Assembly: GCA_965216755.1 (NCBI GenBank)
Contig: CBDCGL010000011.1
Coordinates: forward strand, 2,368,001-2,432,000
Reading direction: 5' to 3'
Length of the DNA stretch: 64,000 nucleotides
Source: Alphaproteobacteria bacterium
Lineage (GTDB): Bacteria > Pseudomonadota > Alphaproteobacteria > UBA7887
This document shows, in pieces, positions 10,815-22,532 of the stretch; positions within the stretch are counted from its first letter, which is position 1; every line of letters begins with the position of its first letter. A model generated the notes under the pieces. The model saw nothing but the letters and a program-made list of their open reading frames with translations. It was not told where the DNA came from and did not search any database. The translations under genes were made by a program, and so were the position numbers.

Positions 10815-11629
10815 GAGTTTTGATGTGCGGCGATGTGGTCGGTCGTTCGGGCCGCCATGTTCTGTACGACGAGCTGCCGCGTCTCCGCCGTGAATGGGCG
10901 CTCGATTTTGTTGTCGTCAATGGTGAGAACGCCGCCGGCGGTTTTGGCATCACCGCGGCCTTGTGCGGCGAATTCTACGAGGCCGGCGTCGACGTGATCA
11001 CCACCGGCAACCACGTCTGGGACCAGCGCGAGATTATTCCGTATATCGGCCGTGACACGCGCTTGCTGCGGCCGCAAAACTACCCATCTACCGCACCCGG
11101 GACAGGCACATGTGTCGCCACGACCCAGCGCGACCAACGGGTGCTGGTGATCAACGTCATGGGCCGTTTGTTCATGGAGCCGCTCGACGACCCGTTTGCC
11201 GCGCTTGATGCCGCGCTCGACGGCCACGAGCTGGGTACCACGGTGGATGCCATCATCGTCGACGTGCACGGCGAGGCGACCAGCGAAAAACAGGCGATTG
11301 GACACTATCTAGACGGTCGGGTGTCGTTGGTCGCGGGCACACACACCCATGCGCCAACCGCCGATACCTGTGTGTTGGACGGCGGTACGGGCTTTCAAAC
11401 CGACATCGGCATGTGCGGTGACTATAACTCGGTGATCGGCAGCGATCGGACGCTGTGGATTACACGCATGCGCTCAAAAATGCCGGTGGGGCGGATCCCG
11501 CCATCAGAAGGACCGGGCACATTGTCCGGCCTGTTTGCCGAGCTGCTGCCGCGCACCGGCTTGCCGAAACGGGTGGCACCTGTGATTGTCGGCGCACGGC
11601 TCGCCCAGCGACATCCGGATGCGATCTAG
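10811..11629 (+). CDS. TIGR00282/YmdB-family metallophosphoesterase
   Basis: GDVVG, NGENAAGG, TGNH, DVHGEATSEK and GTHTH motifs. Confidence 0.93.
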   Translation: MRVLMCGDVVGRSGRHVLYDELPRLRREWALDFVVVNGENAAGGFGITAALCGEFYEAGVDVITTGNHVWDQREIIPYIGRDTRLLRPQNYPSTAPGTGTCVATTQRDQRVLVINVMGRLFMEPLDDPFAALDAALDGHELGTTVDAIIVDVHGEATSEKQAIGHYLDGRVSLVAGTHTHAPTADTCVLDGGTGFQTDIGMCGDYNSVIGSDRTLWITRMRSKMPVGRIPPSEGPGTLSGLFAELLPRTGLPKRVAPVIVGARLAQRHPDAI

Positions 11630-11642
11630 GGGAGGACGCAAC

Positions 11643-13361
11643 GTGCAGCACGAGGTTGTCATTCGTAATGCCACCGTGGTCGATGGCACGGGCGCGCCGG
11701 CCCGGCGTGCCGATGTCGCGGTCGACGGTGGGCAATTCACCGCGATCATGGCCGATGCCGGTCTCGGTCGGCGCGAAATCGATGCCGAGGGCTTGCTGCT
11801 GACGCCGGGCTGGGTCGACATTCACACCCATTATGACGCCCAAGCCTTATGGGACCCCGATCTGACGCCGTCGTCATGGCACGGCGTCACAACGGCGGTC
11901 TTCGGTAATTGCGGGGTCGGGTTCGCGCCCGTGCGACCCGGGGCCGCGCGCGATCTGATCAACTTGATGGAAGGTGTCGAGGACATTCCGGAATCTGTCC
12001 TCAGCGCCGGCTTGTCGTTCGATTGGGAGAGTTTCCCGGACTACATGGACGCACTGGACGCCGCGCACAAGATCATGGATATCGGTGCCCAGGTGCCACA
12101 TGCGGCGCTCCGGGTCTACGCGATGGGCGCGCGCGGCATGGACCATGCCGAAACGCCGCGGGACGAAGAAATCGCCACGATGGGACAATTGCTGCGCGAG
12201 GCTTTGTGCGCCGGCGCGCTTGGTTTCACGACGTCGCGTACCAAGAAACATCGTGCCCATGACGGCCGACCAACGCCCAGTCTGAGTGCCGGGGACGCGG
12301 AATTGGCCGGTTTGGCGGACGGCATGAAAGCCGCGGGACGCGGCGTGATCGAGGTGAATTCAGATTTTGGCGCGGGAGAGTTTGCGCGCATGCGCGCCAT
12401 GGCGGAACGCGCCGGGCGGCCTTTGTCGGTCCTTCTGGTGCAAGTCGATAACGCGCCAAATCTGTGGCGCCAGACCTTGGCCGGGGTCGCCGAAGCCCAC
12501 GCCGCCGGTCTGGACGCGACCGCCCAAGTCGGCAGTCGGGCGATCGGCGTGATGATGGGTTTCGAGACCACGATCCACCCGTTCGTGACCCATCCGGCCT
12601 GGACGGATCTGAAGGATTTGTCGCCGGCGGATCGCTACGCGCGCCTGATCAATGACCCGGATTTGCGTCACACGCTGGTCCACAAGCGTCCTAATGACCA
12701 TCACACGACTTGGATGACGACCGCGCTAGAACGCACGTTCGCGTTGACCGACCCGCTCGACTATGAGCCGGATCCGGCGACCAGTGTCGCGGCGCGGGCC
12801 CGCGCCATGGGCCGCGACCCGTTTGATCTGTCGCTGGAGCTGCTGATGGTCGACGAAGGCCGCGCTTTGTTGCAACATCCGTTTGAAAACTACAACGCCG
12901 GTGATCTGGGCGTTGTCCATGCCATGCTGACCGACCCCAACAGTGTCGCCGGCGTCGCCGATGCGGGTGCCCATGTCGGCGTCTTGTGCGATGCCGGATC
13001 GCCCACCAGTTTGCTGACCCATTGGGTACGCGATCGCCGTCGGGGCCCACGCCTACCGTTGGAATTCGCGGTCAAGAAACAAACCTTCGACACGGCGCGG
13101 GTCTATGGCCTGCACGATCGCGGGCGGATCGCGCCCGGTTACCGCGCTGATTTCAATTTGATCGACTTCGATGGACTGCGGTTGCGCAAACCGCAAATGG
13201 TCTATGACTTACCGGCCGGTGGACGCCGCTTAATTCAGCGCGCCGACGGCTATCGCCATACCTTCGTCGCCGGCCGCGAAGTTATGCGCGATGGCGCGGC
13301 CACGGGCGAGCGGCCCGGCCAACTGATTCGCGGCGAAACAGCACCACCCAAGTTGCAATAA
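11643..13361 (+). CDS. Amidohydrolase, N-acyl-D-amino-acid deacylase family
   Basis: VVDGTG..ADVAV, PGWVDIHTHYD, GNCGVGFAP and DAGAHV motifs; GTG start after a GGGGAGGA RBS. Confidence 0.88.
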   Translation: MQHEVVIRNATVVDGTGAPARRADVAVDGGQFTAIMADAGLGRREIDAEGLLLTPGWVDIHTHYDAQALWDPDLTPSSWHGVTTAVFGNCGVGFAPVRPGAARDLINLMEGVEDIPESVLSAGLSFDWESFPDYMDALDAAHKIMDIGAQVPHAALRVYAMGARGMDHAETPRDEEIATMGQLLREALCAGALGFTTSRTKKHRAHDGRPTPSLSAGDAELAGLADGMKAAGRGVIEVNSDFGAGEFARMRAMAERAGRPLSVLLVQVDNAPNLWRQTLAGVAEAHAAGLDATAQVGSRAIGVMMGFETTIHPFVTHPAWTDLKDLSPADRYARLINDPDLRHTLVHKRPNDHHTTWMTTALERTFALTDPLDYEPDPATSVAARARAMGRDPFDLSLELLMVDEGRALLQHPFENYNAGDLGVVHAMLTDPNSVAGVADAGAHVGVLCDAGSPTSLLTHWVRDRRRGPRLPLEFAVKKQTFDTARVYGLHDRGRIAPGYRADFNLIDFDGLRLRKPQMVYDLPAGGRRLIQRADGYRHTFVAGREVMRDGAATGERPGQLIRGETAPPKLQ

Positions 13362-13506
13362 CGCCACAGTCAAAAAATCGCCACAAAGTCACGTTATGTG
13401 ACACTCGGCGAGGCCGCGAAACACCGCTATACAGATGCGGCTCCGGGGCGAGACCTGTTCTTATTTGCGCCGACTCCCAACACAAATTGCAGGTGATAGG
13501 TGCGGC

Positions 13507-14256
13507 ATGGCCGGCCATTCTCAATTCAAGAACATTATGTACCGGAAAGGCGCGCAAGACGCGAAGCGCGCCAAAATGTTCGCCAAACTTGGCCGAGAGC
13601 TGACGGTCGCGGCGCGCAGCGGGACGCCCGATCCGGCCATGAATCCCCGGCTGCGGACAGCGATCGCCGCAGCTCGTTCGGCCAACATGCCCAAGGATAA
13701 TATTGAGCGGGCAATCAAAAAAGGCGCCGGCGGCGAGGCCGACGCCAATTACGACGAAATTCGTTATGAAGGCTATGGCGTCGGCGGCGTGGCGGTTATC
13801 GTCGAGGCCCTAACAGACAATCGCAATCGCACCGCCGCGGAGGTTCGAGCCGCGTTTACCAAACATGGCGGCAATCTTGGAGAAACCGGCAGCGTCTCAT
13901 TTTCATTTCAGCGCGTCGGTGTCGTCCACCTTTCGAAGGATCGCGCCAGCGACGACGATGTCTTTGAGGCCGCCCTGGAAATCGGCGCGGACAATGTCGA
14001 ATCCGGCGACGACGGCCACCACATCAGCTGTCCGGCCGCAGCGTTTAACGATGTCCGTGAAGCGCTGGAGGCGCGCTTTGGCGCGCCCGAAAGTGCCGCG
14101 CTCGACTGGCTGCCGCAAAACACCGTGCCGATCGACGAGGATCAAGCGCGCACCCTGATGAAGATGATCGATACGCTGGAAGACAACGACGACGTGCAAA
14201 CCGTGTCGGCAAACTATGAGATCTCCGACGACATACTGGAAAAACTGAGTGCATGA
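13507..14256 (+). CDS. yebC: YebC/PmpR family regulator
   Basis: [23 protein letters not shown] and TDNRNRT motifs. Confidence 0.96.
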   Translation: MAGHSQFKNIMYRKGAQDAKRAKMFAKLGRELTVAARSGTPDPAMNPRLRTAIAAARSANMPKDNIERAIKKGAGGEADANYDEIRYEGYGVGGVAVIVEALTDNRNRTAAEVRAAFTKHGGNLGETGSVSFSFQRVGVVHLSKDRASDDDVFEAALEIGADNVESGDDGHHISCPAAAFNDVREALEARFGAPESAALDWLPQNTVPIDEDQARTLMKMIDTLEDNDDVQTVSANYEISDDILEKLSA

Positions 14257-14275
14257 TTGACCGAACGACCGACGT

Positions 14276-14794
14276 ATGAGATTGCTCGGCCTTGATCCTG
14301 GCCTCAGACAAACCGGCTGGGGCATTGTCGACCATGACGGGTTCCGACTGCGCTACGTCGCCTGCGGCACGGTGCGGCCAAATCCTCAAACGCCGATCGC
14401 GACGCGTTTGGCTGATTTGTACGAAGCCCTGGCGGATGTCATTTCTAACTGGCAACCTCAATCGGCCGCGGTCGAGGAAACATTCGTCAACAAGAACGCG
14501 TCGTCGACGTTGAAACTGGGCTTGGCACGGGGGGTAGTCTTGCTGGTACCAGCGCTATCCGGATTGGATGTGGTCGAATACCACAACCGGTCCGTCAAAC
14601 GCACCGTGGTTGGGACCGGCCGCGCGGCCAAGGAACAGATCGCGATGATGGTGCGCAAACTATTGCCGGGCTGCGATCCGGACAGCGATGACGCGGCGGA
14701 CGCCTTGGCGGTGGCCATTTGCCATGCGCATCATCAAGGGGCACGTGCGGCGATCGCCCAGGGCACGCGCAATGCCGCCACCGTGGCGTCATGA
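14276..14794 (+). CDS. ruvC: Holliday junction resolvase RuvC
   Basis: LGLDPGL..TGWG, VEETF and DAADALAVAICH motifs. Confidence 0.96.
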   Translation: MRLLGLDPGLRQTGWGIVDHDGFRLRYVACGTVRPNPQTPIATRLADLYEALADVISNWQPQSAAVEETFVNKNASSTLKLGLARGVVLLVPALSGLDVVEYHNRSVKRTVVGTGRAAKEQIAMMVRKLLPGCDPDSDDAADALAVAICHAHHQGARAAIAQGTRNAATVAS

Positions 14795-15387
14795 TCGCCA
14801 AACTGGCGGGCCGGCTGGATTCGTACGGCGAGGATTACGCCGTGATCGACGTTGGCGGCGTTGGCTATTTGGTATCATGCTCAACGCGTACCTTGCGCGG
14901 TTTGCCGGATATCGGCGACGCGGTGGCCGTGTTAACCGAGACGCACATGCGCGAAGACCATATCCAGCTGTTTGGCTTTCGCGACAGCGAAGAGCGCCGC
15001 TGGTTTCGCTTGCTACAGAATGTGCAGGGCGTTGGCGCCCGTATGGCACTGAGCATCTTGTCGGTATTTGAACCTGACGCATTGGCGGCTGCGATTGTGG
15101 CCCAAGATCAAGCGGCCTTGGTTCGGGCGAATGGTGTCGGCCCGAAGCTTGCCCGGCGCATACTTGGTGAACTTAAGGACAAAGTCGCGACGCCGGTGAC
15201 TGAGATGTCGGCGTCGCCGTCAGTCGACGCTGGCGGCATGTCCGAAGAAGCGATTTCGGCCCTGATCAATCTCGGTTATGGGCGCAGTGAAGCGTTTACG
15301 GCGGTCAATGCGGCCGCCCGCGGTTTGGGGCCCTCGGTCGGGGTCACCGATCTGATCCGGGCCGGGCTTAAGGAATTGGCCCCGTGA
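14791..15387 (+). CDS. ruvA: Holliday junction branch migration protein RuvA
   Basis: [22 protein letters not shown] and ALINLGY motifs. Confidence 0.96.
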   Translation: MIAKLAGRLDSYGEDYAVIDVGGVGYLVSCSTRTLRGLPDIGDAVAVLTETHMREDHIQLFGFRDSEERRWFRLLQNVQGVGARMALSILSVFEPDALAAAIVAQDQAALVRANGVGPKLARRILGELKDKVATPVTEMSASPSVDAGGMSEEAISALINLGYGRSEAFTAVNAAARGLGPSVGVTDLIRAGLKELAP

Positions 15388-16493
15388 CCATTGCCACGCC
15401 TGACGCGGCCGACGCGTCCGCGCGCTTGGTGACCGGCGACGCCCGCGCCGAGGACATCGGCGAAGCCAGCGTGCGGCCGCTGAGCTTGGACGCCTTCGTC
15501 GGGCAAAACCAGGTGCGCGACAATTTGCGCGTCTTCATCCGTGCCGCGCGACAGCGCGCCGACGCCCTGGACCATGTCTTATTTTTCGGCCCGCCCGGCC
15601 TCGGCAAGACCACGCTGGCACAGATTGTCGCGCGTGAAATGGGGGTCGGGTTTCGTGCCACGTCCGGGCCGGTGATCGCCCGCCCCGGTGATCTTGCCGC
15701 GCTGCTGACCAATCTTGAAGCCCGCGATGTCTTGTTTATTGACGAGATCCATCGGCTAAATCCACAAGTCGAGGAGATCCTCTATCCGGCCATGGAGGAT
15801 TTTCAGCTTGATTTGATTATTGGCGAGGGTCCAGCCGCCCGTTCGGTGCGCTTGGACCTGATGCCGTTTACTCTGGTCGGTGCAACCACGCGCTCGGGTT
15901 TGATCGGTACGCCTTTGCGCGACCGTTTCGGGATCCCGGCGCGGCTCAACTTTTACAATAACGACGAATTGGAGGCGATCGTCACACGCGCCGGTCGCGT
16001 TCTCGGTATTGGCCTAACTGCCGACGGCGCCCAGGAAATCGCCCGCCGTGCCAGGGGCACACCACGCGTGGCGGTGCGTTTGTTGCGGCGCGTGCGCGAT
16101 TTCGCCGCGGTCGCCGGCAAAGACCTGGTTGACGTACGTGTCGCGGATAACGCGCTCGGTCGGCTCGATGTCGACCATCGCGGATTAGATGCCATGGACC
16201 GGCGCTATCTCAATTGCATCGCCACCCACTATGGCGGTGGTCCGGTCGGCGTCGAGACGCTGGCGGCCGCGTTGTCTGAGGAACGCGATGCCATCGAAGA
16301 TGTGATCGAACCATATCTACTGCAGCAGGGCCTGCTCCAGCGCAGCGCGCGCGGGCGCCTTCTAACCCAGGCCGCGTACGACCACATTAATCTCGACTTC
16401 CCCAACAACCAGGCGGCTCGATCGACGTCGGCCCAAATCGCCGATCCCGTGTCGCCGGAACTGTTCGGCGCGGACACAGCGCCCGATGGCTAG
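15384..16493 (+). CDS. ruvB: Holliday junction branch migration helicase RuvB
   Basis: [19 protein letters not shown] and GATTR motifs. Confidence 0.98.
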   Translation: MTIATPDAADASARLVTGDARAEDIGEASVRPLSLDAFVGQNQVRDNLRVFIRAARQRADALDHVLFFGPPGLGKTTLAQIVAREMGVGFRATSGPVIARPGDLAALLTNLEARDVLFIDEIHRLNPQVEEILYPAMEDFQLDLIIGEGPAARSVRLDLMPFTLVGATTRSGLIGTPLRDRFGIPARLNFYNNDELEAIVTRAGRVLGIGLTADGAQEIARRARGTPRVAVRLLRRVRDFAAVAGKDLVDVRVADNALGRLDVDHRGLDAMDRRYLNCIATHYGGGPVGVETLAAALSEERDAIEDVIEPYLLQQGLLQRSARGRLLTQAAYDHINLDFPNNQAARSTSAQIADPVSPELFGADTAPDG

Positions 16494-16932
16494 GAGGCGC
16501 CGCGATGATGACCGTGACGCACATATTCTGCCGGTGCGGGTCTACTACGAAGATACAGACGCCGCCGGATTCGTTTATCATGCCAATTATCTACGTTTCG
16601 CCGAGCGCGCGCGAACCGAGATGTTGCGTGCGGTCGGCATCGACCAGGGCAAATTGCGCGTCGGCGCGGGTGTGACGTTTGTGGTCAAGTCCTGCCATAT
16701 CGACTATGTGGCGCCGGCCCGGCTTGACGATGTGTTGCATGTCCACAGTGTCATTGCCGGAATCAGCGGCGCGCGCATCCATGCGGGCCAGACTGTGACG
16801 CGCGACGACGAGACCCTGGCACATCTGTCGCTCCAGATTGCTTGCGTGCGGGCCGACGGGCGCCCGACGCGGTTACCATCCAGCGTACGAACTGCGCTGA
16901 GTCAATATCATCACGCAGGGGGCAAAGCGTAG
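16486..16932 (+). CDS. ybgC: Tol-pal-associated acyl-CoA thioesterase
   Basis: [20 protein letters not shown] motif. Confidence 0.93.
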   Translation: MARRRRDDDRDAHILPVRVYYEDTDAAGFVYHANYLRFAERARTEMLRAVGIDQGKLRVGAGVTFVVKSCHIDYVAPARLDDVLHVHSVIAGISGARIHAGQTVTRDDETLAHLSLQIACVRADGRPTRLPSSVRTALSQYHHAGGKA

Positions 16933-16935
16933 TCT

Positions 16936-17667
16936 ATGGAAACGGTGGACATGGTCAGCGCCCAAGGTCTCGGCATGGCAACCGACATGTCGATCATTGG
17001 GCTCGTGAGCCAAGCCGACATCATTGTCAAAATCGTGCTTGTGGTCTTGATTTTGGCGTCAATTTGGTGTTGGGCAATTATTATCGACAAAACCAGGCGA
17101 TTTCGCCGTTTGCGCGAACAAGCCGACCGTTTTGAGGAAGCGTTCTGGTCCGGCGGCCCGCTTGAGGAGCTCTATGAGCGGGTTGGCGGCGCGCCCGATC
17201 ATCCCTTGGCGATGCTGTTCGCGGTCGCCATGCGCGAATGGACGCTCTCGACCCAGCGCGCACGCAGCGCGGAAGACCAATTTCAAAGCAGTACGCTGCA
17301 AGCGCGTATCGAACGCGTTATGTCGGTGGCGTTGACCCGCGAAATGGAGGGCTTGGAAAAACATATGGGTTTCCTTGCCACGGTCGGCTCAACAGCGCCG
17401 TTTATCGGGTTGTTTGGCACCGTGTGGGGAATCATGAACAGTTTTCAGTCGATCGCCCTGACAAAGAATACTTCCCTGGCCGTGGTCGCTCCGGGCATCG
17501 CCGAGGCGCTGTTGGCGACTGCACTTGGGCTAATCGCGGCAATTCCGGCTGTTGTCGCTTACAATAAGCTGAGTAATGACCTGGGCCGCTATGCCGGCCG
17601 CCTGGAAACTTTCGCCGGCGAGTTTATTGCGTTGCTGTCCCGACAGTTATCCGGTGGTCGGTCATGA
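16936..17667 (+). CDS. tolQ: TolQ
   Basis: STAPFIGLFGTVWGIM and APGIAEALLATA motifs. Confidence 0.96.
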   Translation: METVDMVSAQGLGMATDMSIIGLVSQADIIVKIVLVVLILASIWCWAIIIDKTRRFRRLREQADRFEEAFWSGGPLEELYERVGGAPDHPLAMLFAVAMREWTLSTQRARSAEDQFQSSTLQARIERVMSVALTREMEGLEKHMGFLATVGSTAPFIGLFGTVWGIMNSFQSIALTKNTSLAVVAPGIAEALLATALGLIAAIPAVVAYNKLSNDLGRYAGRLETFAGEFIALLSRQLSGGRS

Positions 17668-18116
17668 TGAATACATCAAACGGCAGGTTTGGACAGGCCA
17701 AGCGCGCGCCACGATATCGGCCTATGGCCGAGATCAACGTAACACCGTTCGTCGATGTGATGTTGGTGCTGCTGGTTGTGTTCATGGTCACGGCCCCGCT
17801 GCTGACCGTCGGCGTACAGGTTGACCTTCCCGAGTCGAGTGCCGACATCATACCGGGCAACGATGAACCATTGACCGTAACGATCAACAGTGAGGGTGCA
17901 ATTTTTCTTCAAGAGAACCAAATACCGCTCGACGAATTGGTGCCCAAATTGGTTGCGATTACCGGGCAGAACCCGGAAACGCGGATTTTCGTCCGTGGCG
18001 ACAAGTCGGTCCCCTATGGGATGGTCATGGAAGTGATGGGCACGGTCAACGCAGCTGGTTTCACCAAGGTCGCCCTGATCACCGAAATGCCTTTGGAGCC
18101 GCGTCCGGCGGGGTAG
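17664..18116 (+). CDS. tolR: TolR
   Basis: EINVTPFVDVMLVLLVVFMVTAP motif. Confidence 0.95.
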   Translation: MMNTSNGRFGQAKRAPRYRPMAEINVTPFVDVMLVLLVVFMVTAPLLTVGVQVDLPESSADIIPGNDEPLTVTINSEGAIFLQENQIPLDELVPKLVAITGQNPETRIFVRGDKSVPYGMVMEVMGTVNAAGFTKVALITEMPLEPRPAG

Positions 18117-18120
18117 CAAA

Positions 18121-19167
18121 GTGACCCGGGCGACCATTTTCTCAAGCCTTTTTCACGCGATCGCCATCGCGCTCGCCTATATTGGCCTGCCGTCTTTTTT
18201 TAGTGCCGACCTCGCGGCCGATCGGGTGGTGGTGGTCGAGTTGGTGCCGGTGGCGGCCGAGCGCAATTTGCCACCGGATATCCCAGACAAACCGGAACCC
18301 CGGGACGAACCGCAAGAAATCCAAGCCGACGCCGAGGCCGAACCAGCGCCGCAGACGCGCGAACCGCGACCGAAACCAACGGCCGCGTTGCCGGCACCAC
18401 CGGTCGTGACCGATGTGCCCCCTGCGCCTGCGCCGGAAAGCCGCCCCGAACCATCCGAACCCGCGCCGGCCGCCGTCGTGCGCCAGGTCCAACGACCGGT
18501 GGCGACCCAACGACCGGCAGCCCCCATCGAAGCCGCAGCGTCGGAGCCCGAACCCGAGCCCGAGATTGCGCCGGAGCCAGCCGCGGAGCTTGTCGAATCC
18601 GTCGATCGACCATCGTCAAAACCACCACGTCCTGAGCCGCAAGCCGACTTTGAGCCGGAGCCCGAGCCCGAACCCAAACCAGAGCCAAAGGTGGATCCCT
18701 TTGCCTCGGTGCTGAAGAGCGTCGAAGCGCTGGAGCAACAACAAGAACGCGAACGACAACAGCAAGAGACCCAAAAACCGACCACGGCCGAGTCCAGTTT
18801 CGACCCGATCGAACAGGTTCTGGCGCAGTCGAACTCTCGATTTCAGGCGGACCTGCCGCTCAGCATGTCGGAGATCGACAACATCCGGTATCAAATTCAG
18901 AAAAATTGGAATGTGCCGGCGGGCGCGCGGGATGCGCAGGACATGATCGTGACTTTGCGGATTCAGCTTGCGCAGGACGGCACGGTTCGCAACGTTTCGG
19001 TTGTCAATTCGACCCGCATGGGCTCGGATCCATTCTTCCGAAGCATGGCCGAAAGCGCGGTTCGCGCGGTCAACGTGACAGGCCGGATCCGGAATCTATC
19101 GCCGGACAAGTATCACATTTGGCGTGATATGCAGATCAACTTCGACCCAAGGGAAATGTTTGGATAA
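18121..19167 (+). CDS. tolA: TolA/TonB-like cell envelope protein
   Basis: N-terminal TM segment, Pro/Glu-rich linker and C-terminal TolA-like domain; lies between tolR and tolB. Confidence 0.85.
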   Translation: MTRATIFSSLFHAIAIALAYIGLPSFFSADLAADRVVVVELVPVAAERNLPPDIPDKPEPRDEPQEIQADAEAEPAPQTREPRPKPTAALPAPPVVTDVPPAPAPESRPEPSEPAPAAVVRQVQRPVATQRPAAPIEAAASEPEPEPEIAPEPAAELVESVDRPSSKPPRPEPQADFEPEPEPEPKPEPKVDPFASVLKSVEALEQQQERERQQQETQKPTTAESSFDPIEQVLAQSNSRFQADLPLSMSEIDNIRYQIQKNWNVPAGARDAQDMIVTLRIQLAQDGTVRNVSVVNSTRMGSDPFFRSMAESAVRAVNVTGRIRNLSPDKYHIWRDMQINFDPREMFG

Positions 19168-20528
19168 TGAACGGCAAATCGCAGTTTGCGGCCACGGGCT
19201 CTGGTTCACGCGCAAGTCTGACCTATTGGCTTTTCGGGCTGCTTTTTTTGCTGGACGTGGGTCCGGTTCAGGCCGTCACAGAAATCGATATCACGCAGGG
19301 TGTGGTTGAACCGCTGCCCATTGCTGTTTTGGATTTGGCCGGTAACAACGACAACGAGAACCGCCTGGGCGCCGACATCGCCGGCGTGGTCGGGGAAGAC
19401 TTGCGTGGATCAAGTCTTTTCAAGCCTCTCGACAAAAGAGCGTTTCTCCAACGTCCATCAGATCTGCGCAATGCGGTGCCACGGTTCGCAGATTGGCGCC
19501 AGATCAATGCACAAGCACTGATTAGCGGTAATGTCACGGTGCGCCCCGACGGTCAAATCCAGGTCGAGTTCCGACTGTGGGACGTGTTTGGTGAATCGCA
19601 AATGGTCGGCCTGGCATTGTCGACACCCGCGGACAATTGGCGCCGAATTGCTCACTTGATGTCGGACGCTGTCTACAAACGGATCACCGGCGAAGACGGC
19701 TATTTCGACACACGCATCGTTTACGTCGCGGAATCGGGCCCGCCCGATGCGCGGGTCAAGCGCTTGGCGATCATGGATCAAGATGGTGCGAACCACAGCT
19801 ATTTGACCGACGGTCGGCATTTGGTGTTGACGCCGCGTTTTTCCCCGACTCTGCAGGAAATCACCTATTTGTCCTATTTTAACGACAATCCGCGCGTCTA
19901 TGTGTACGACATCGATACGGGCAAACAAGAACTGCTTGGCGACTTCCCGGGCATGACTTTTGCGCCGCGATTTTCGCCCGACGGCAACAAGGTGATCATG
20001 TCACTGGCGAAAGACGGCAACTCCGATATTTATGTCATGGATCTGCGAACACGCCTGATCGAACAACTGACCAGGCATCCGGCCATTGAAACATCGCCGT
20101 CATATTCCCCCGACGCGTCGGAAGTTACGTTTGAATCCGATCGGTCCGGTCGCCAGCAAATTTACATCATGGATGGCGACGGCGGCCCGGCGCAGCGAAT
20201 CAGTTTTGGCGAAGGGCGCTACGCGACTCCGGTCTGGTCACCGCGCGGCGACTGGATCGCATTCACCAAATTGAACGGTGGGCGTTTCTACATCGGTGTC
20301 ATGCGGCCGGACGGATCGGGGGAACGGCTCTTGGCGGAAGGTTTTTTGGTCGAAGGTCCGACCTGGGCGCCAAATGGCCGGGTGTTGATGTTTTTTCGCG
20401 AAACACCGGGGGCTGGACAGGCCAATCGCGTGCGTCTTTTTTCTGTTGACATCACGGGCACCAATGAACGTGAAATGGCAACCCCGGGTGACGGTTCTGA
20501 CCCGGCGTGGTCCCCCTTGATTCCCTAG
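19167..20528 (+). CDS. tolB: Tol-Pal beta-propeller protein TolB
   Basis: [22 protein letters not shown] and PD40 repeats (PRFSPDG). Confidence 0.97.
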   Translation: MNGKSQFAATGSGSRASLTYWLFGLLFLLDVGPVQAVTEIDITQGVVEPLPIAVLDLAGNNDNENRLGADIAGVVGEDLRGSSLFKPLDKRAFLQRPSDLRNAVPRFADWRQINAQALISGNVTVRPDGQIQVEFRLWDVFGESQMVGLALSTPADNWRRIAHLMSDAVYKRITGEDGYFDTRIVYVAESGPPDARVKRLAIMDQDGANHSYLTDGRHLVLTPRFSPTLQEITYLSYFNDNPRVYVYDIDTGKQELLGDFPGMTFAPRFSPDGNKVIMSLAKDGNSDIYVMDLRTRLIEQLTRHPAIETSPSYSPDASEVTFESDRSGRQQIYIMDGDGGPAQRISFGEGRYATPVWSPRGDWIAFTKLNGGRFYIGVMRPDGSGERLLAEGFLVEGPTWAPNGRVLMFFRETPGAGQANRVRLFSVDITGTNEREMATPGDGSDPAWSPLIP

Positions 20529-20670
20529 GAATCACAAATTACTATCTCGGCCACCGTTCGCCAGCGTCAGACATCGCCGGGACAAAGGTACGGCAATAGA
20601 ATGAGCGCGTGGAAGCGTGTCGCCGGGCGTCTGGACGGTTCTGCGAAAATCGGGAGAAAGGGTACACCAA

Positions 20671-21213
20671 ATGCGGACGAAATTCGTTGTCCTGTGCGGT
20701 ATGCTGTTGCTTATTTCGGCTTGTGAATCGACCCCAGAAGAATCGGCTAACACCGCGGGTGCCGGAACGCAGCTGAGTACGCCGCCACCGCCGGCGCAGG
20801 CTGGAGAGATTTCGGGCCCGGCCAGCGTTGAATCAGCGGCAGTCCAGCCCCAAAGAACATTGCAAGACATGCTGATTCAAGAAGTCGGTGACCGGGTGTT
20901 TTTTGACTTTGACCGCTCTTCCATTCGTGCCGACGGCGAAGCGACGTTGCGCCGTCAGGCCGAATTTCTCAAACAAAACCCGGGTGTCACGATTTCGGTG
21001 CAAGGGCATTGCGACGAGCGCGGGACCCGCGAATACAACTTGGCTTTGGGCGAACGACGGGCGACCGCGGCCAAGAATTATTTGGTATCACTCGGCGTCA
21101 ATCCGAACCGCATCAAGACGATTTCGTATGGCAAGGAAAGACCGATCGTGCTGGGCAGCAATGAGTCCGCATGGGCACAAAATCGTGTTGCGGTGACCGT
21201 GTTGGAGGGCTGA
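20671..21213 (+). CDS. pal: Peptidoglycan-associated lipoprotein Pal
   Basis: Lipobox ISAC; GHCDERGTREYNLALGERRA and SYGKERP motifs. Confidence 0.97.
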   Translation: MRTKFVVLCGMLLLISACESTPEESANTAGAGTQLSTPPPPAQAGEISGPASVESAAVQPQRTLQDMLIQEVGDRVFFDFDRSSIRADGEATLRRQAEFLKQNPGVTISVQGHCDERGTREYNLALGERRATAAKNYLVSLGVNPNRIKTISYGKERPIVLGSNESAWAQNRVAVTVLEG

Positions 21214-21254
21214 CCGTCCGCGCGCCTGATCGGCAGGCGAGTACCGTATACATC

Positions 21255-21301
21255 CCCCGGGGGTTCACCAATTTGCGAAACCGGTGAACCTCCGGGGTTT
21301 T
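21255..21301 (+). terminator. Intrinsic terminator after pal
   Basis: CCCCGGGGGTTCACC / GGTGAACCTCCGGGG 15-bp stem followed by a T run. Confidence 0.75.
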
Positions 21302-21406
21302 ATCGTTTGCGTAAAATGCCTACATGGCCTTAAGGGTCATAGACCAAGGATTCGGACGCTGATAGCAGACCAGCCCCTTTGACAAGAAAACGCAGGGCCA
21401 ATCGCC

Positions 21407-22486
21407 ATGAACTTTCGATCGCCCATGACGACCGCGACACCGCTGCTTGCGCTTGCGATGATCGCGCTGACGACGTTGCCGGCTCGTGGCCAAGATGCAA
21501 CACTTCAATCTTTGGCGGATCGGCTAAACCGACAGGAACAAGAACTGCGTGCGCTGCAACAGAACGTTTATCGCGGTGACGGCAGCGGCGCGGAGGGTTC
21601 GGCAGTCGGCGTGGGGGGGGCGGCTTATACGCCGCAGATCGAACGGCGGCTGAGCCAGCTTGAAGAGCAGCTACAAGTTCTGACCGGCCAACTCGAAGAA
21701 GCACAATATCGACTGCGCCGGTTCAATGACGATCTTGATCGGCGTCTGGGCGACCTTGAATATCGCATGGCCGGTTTGGAAGGTGGCGGCGGGCCCGGAC
21801 CAACCCAGGGTGCCCCGCTCACATCGGGCACGAATGATCAACCATACTTGACCGAGCCCCAGCCGGGCTTGGGTGAGGTGGCGGCCGAACCCGATCTGGA
21901 TCCGACAAGCGCGTCGACGCGGGTGGAACAAGACGCAAACGCGGATCAGTATGAGACGATGGGCGTGCTTGGTACCATTGACAACGAGGCGGCGGCCCCT
22001 CCGCCCGCCGGCACGGCGCGCGCCGAAGAACTGGATGCAGACACCGATACGCCGCAAGACTCGCAAGTCGTCGCCGCGCGATCGCCGTCAAACGGTGATG
22101 GAGATGCTCGTTCAACCTATGAAGCCGCCTACCAACTGCTGCGACAAGCGGATTATGACCAAGCGACGGTCGCACTTCAGACATTCATCGATCAGTATCC
22201 ACAACATGAGCTGTCGGGGAACGCCCACTATTGGCTGGGTGAAACCTATTTCGTGCGCAGCGCCTATGATCAGGCAGCCGTGGCTTTCGCGCGCGGTTAC
22301 AAGTCATTCCCGAATGGCGAAAAAGCGCCGGACAACTTGTTGAAGTTGGGGATGACGTTTGTCGCGATGGGCAAGAATCCGGAAGCGTGCGCCACATTTA
22401 GCAAGCTTGAGGCGGATCACCCCGAGATTTCCGGCGTAACCCGCGAACGGCTCGCTTACCAGCAGCAAAAGGCCCAGTGCCCCTAA
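21407..22486 (+). CDS. ybgF: Tol-pal system protein YbgF/CpoB
   Basis: Signal peptide, coiled coil and TPR region (NAHYWLGE, KAPDNLLKLG). Confidence 0.92.
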   Translation: MNFRSPMTTATPLLALAMIALTTLPARGQDATLQSLADRLNRQEQELRALQQNVYRGDGSGAEGSAVGVGGAAYTPQIERRLSQLEEQLQVLTGQLEEAQYRLRRFNDDLDRRLGDLEYRMAGLEGGGGPGPTQGAPLTSGTNDQPYLTEPQPGLGEVAAEPDLDPTSASTRVEQDANADQYETMGVLGTIDNEAAAPPPAGTARAEELDADTDTPQDSQVVAARSPSNGDGDARSTYEAAYQLLRQADYDQATVALQTFIDQYPQHELSGNAHYWLGETYFVRSAYDQAAVAFARGYKSFPNGEKAPDNLLKLGMTFVAMGKNPEACATFSKLEADHPEISGVTRERLAYQQQKAQCP

Positions 22487-22532
22487 GCGGGTGGGCGATT
22501 GACCAGGTATCGCAGGCTCCGGCTACGGCGCC

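Noticed and set aside
18280-18790. Pro/Glu low-complexity repeats
   Set aside because: Normal TolA periplasmic linker
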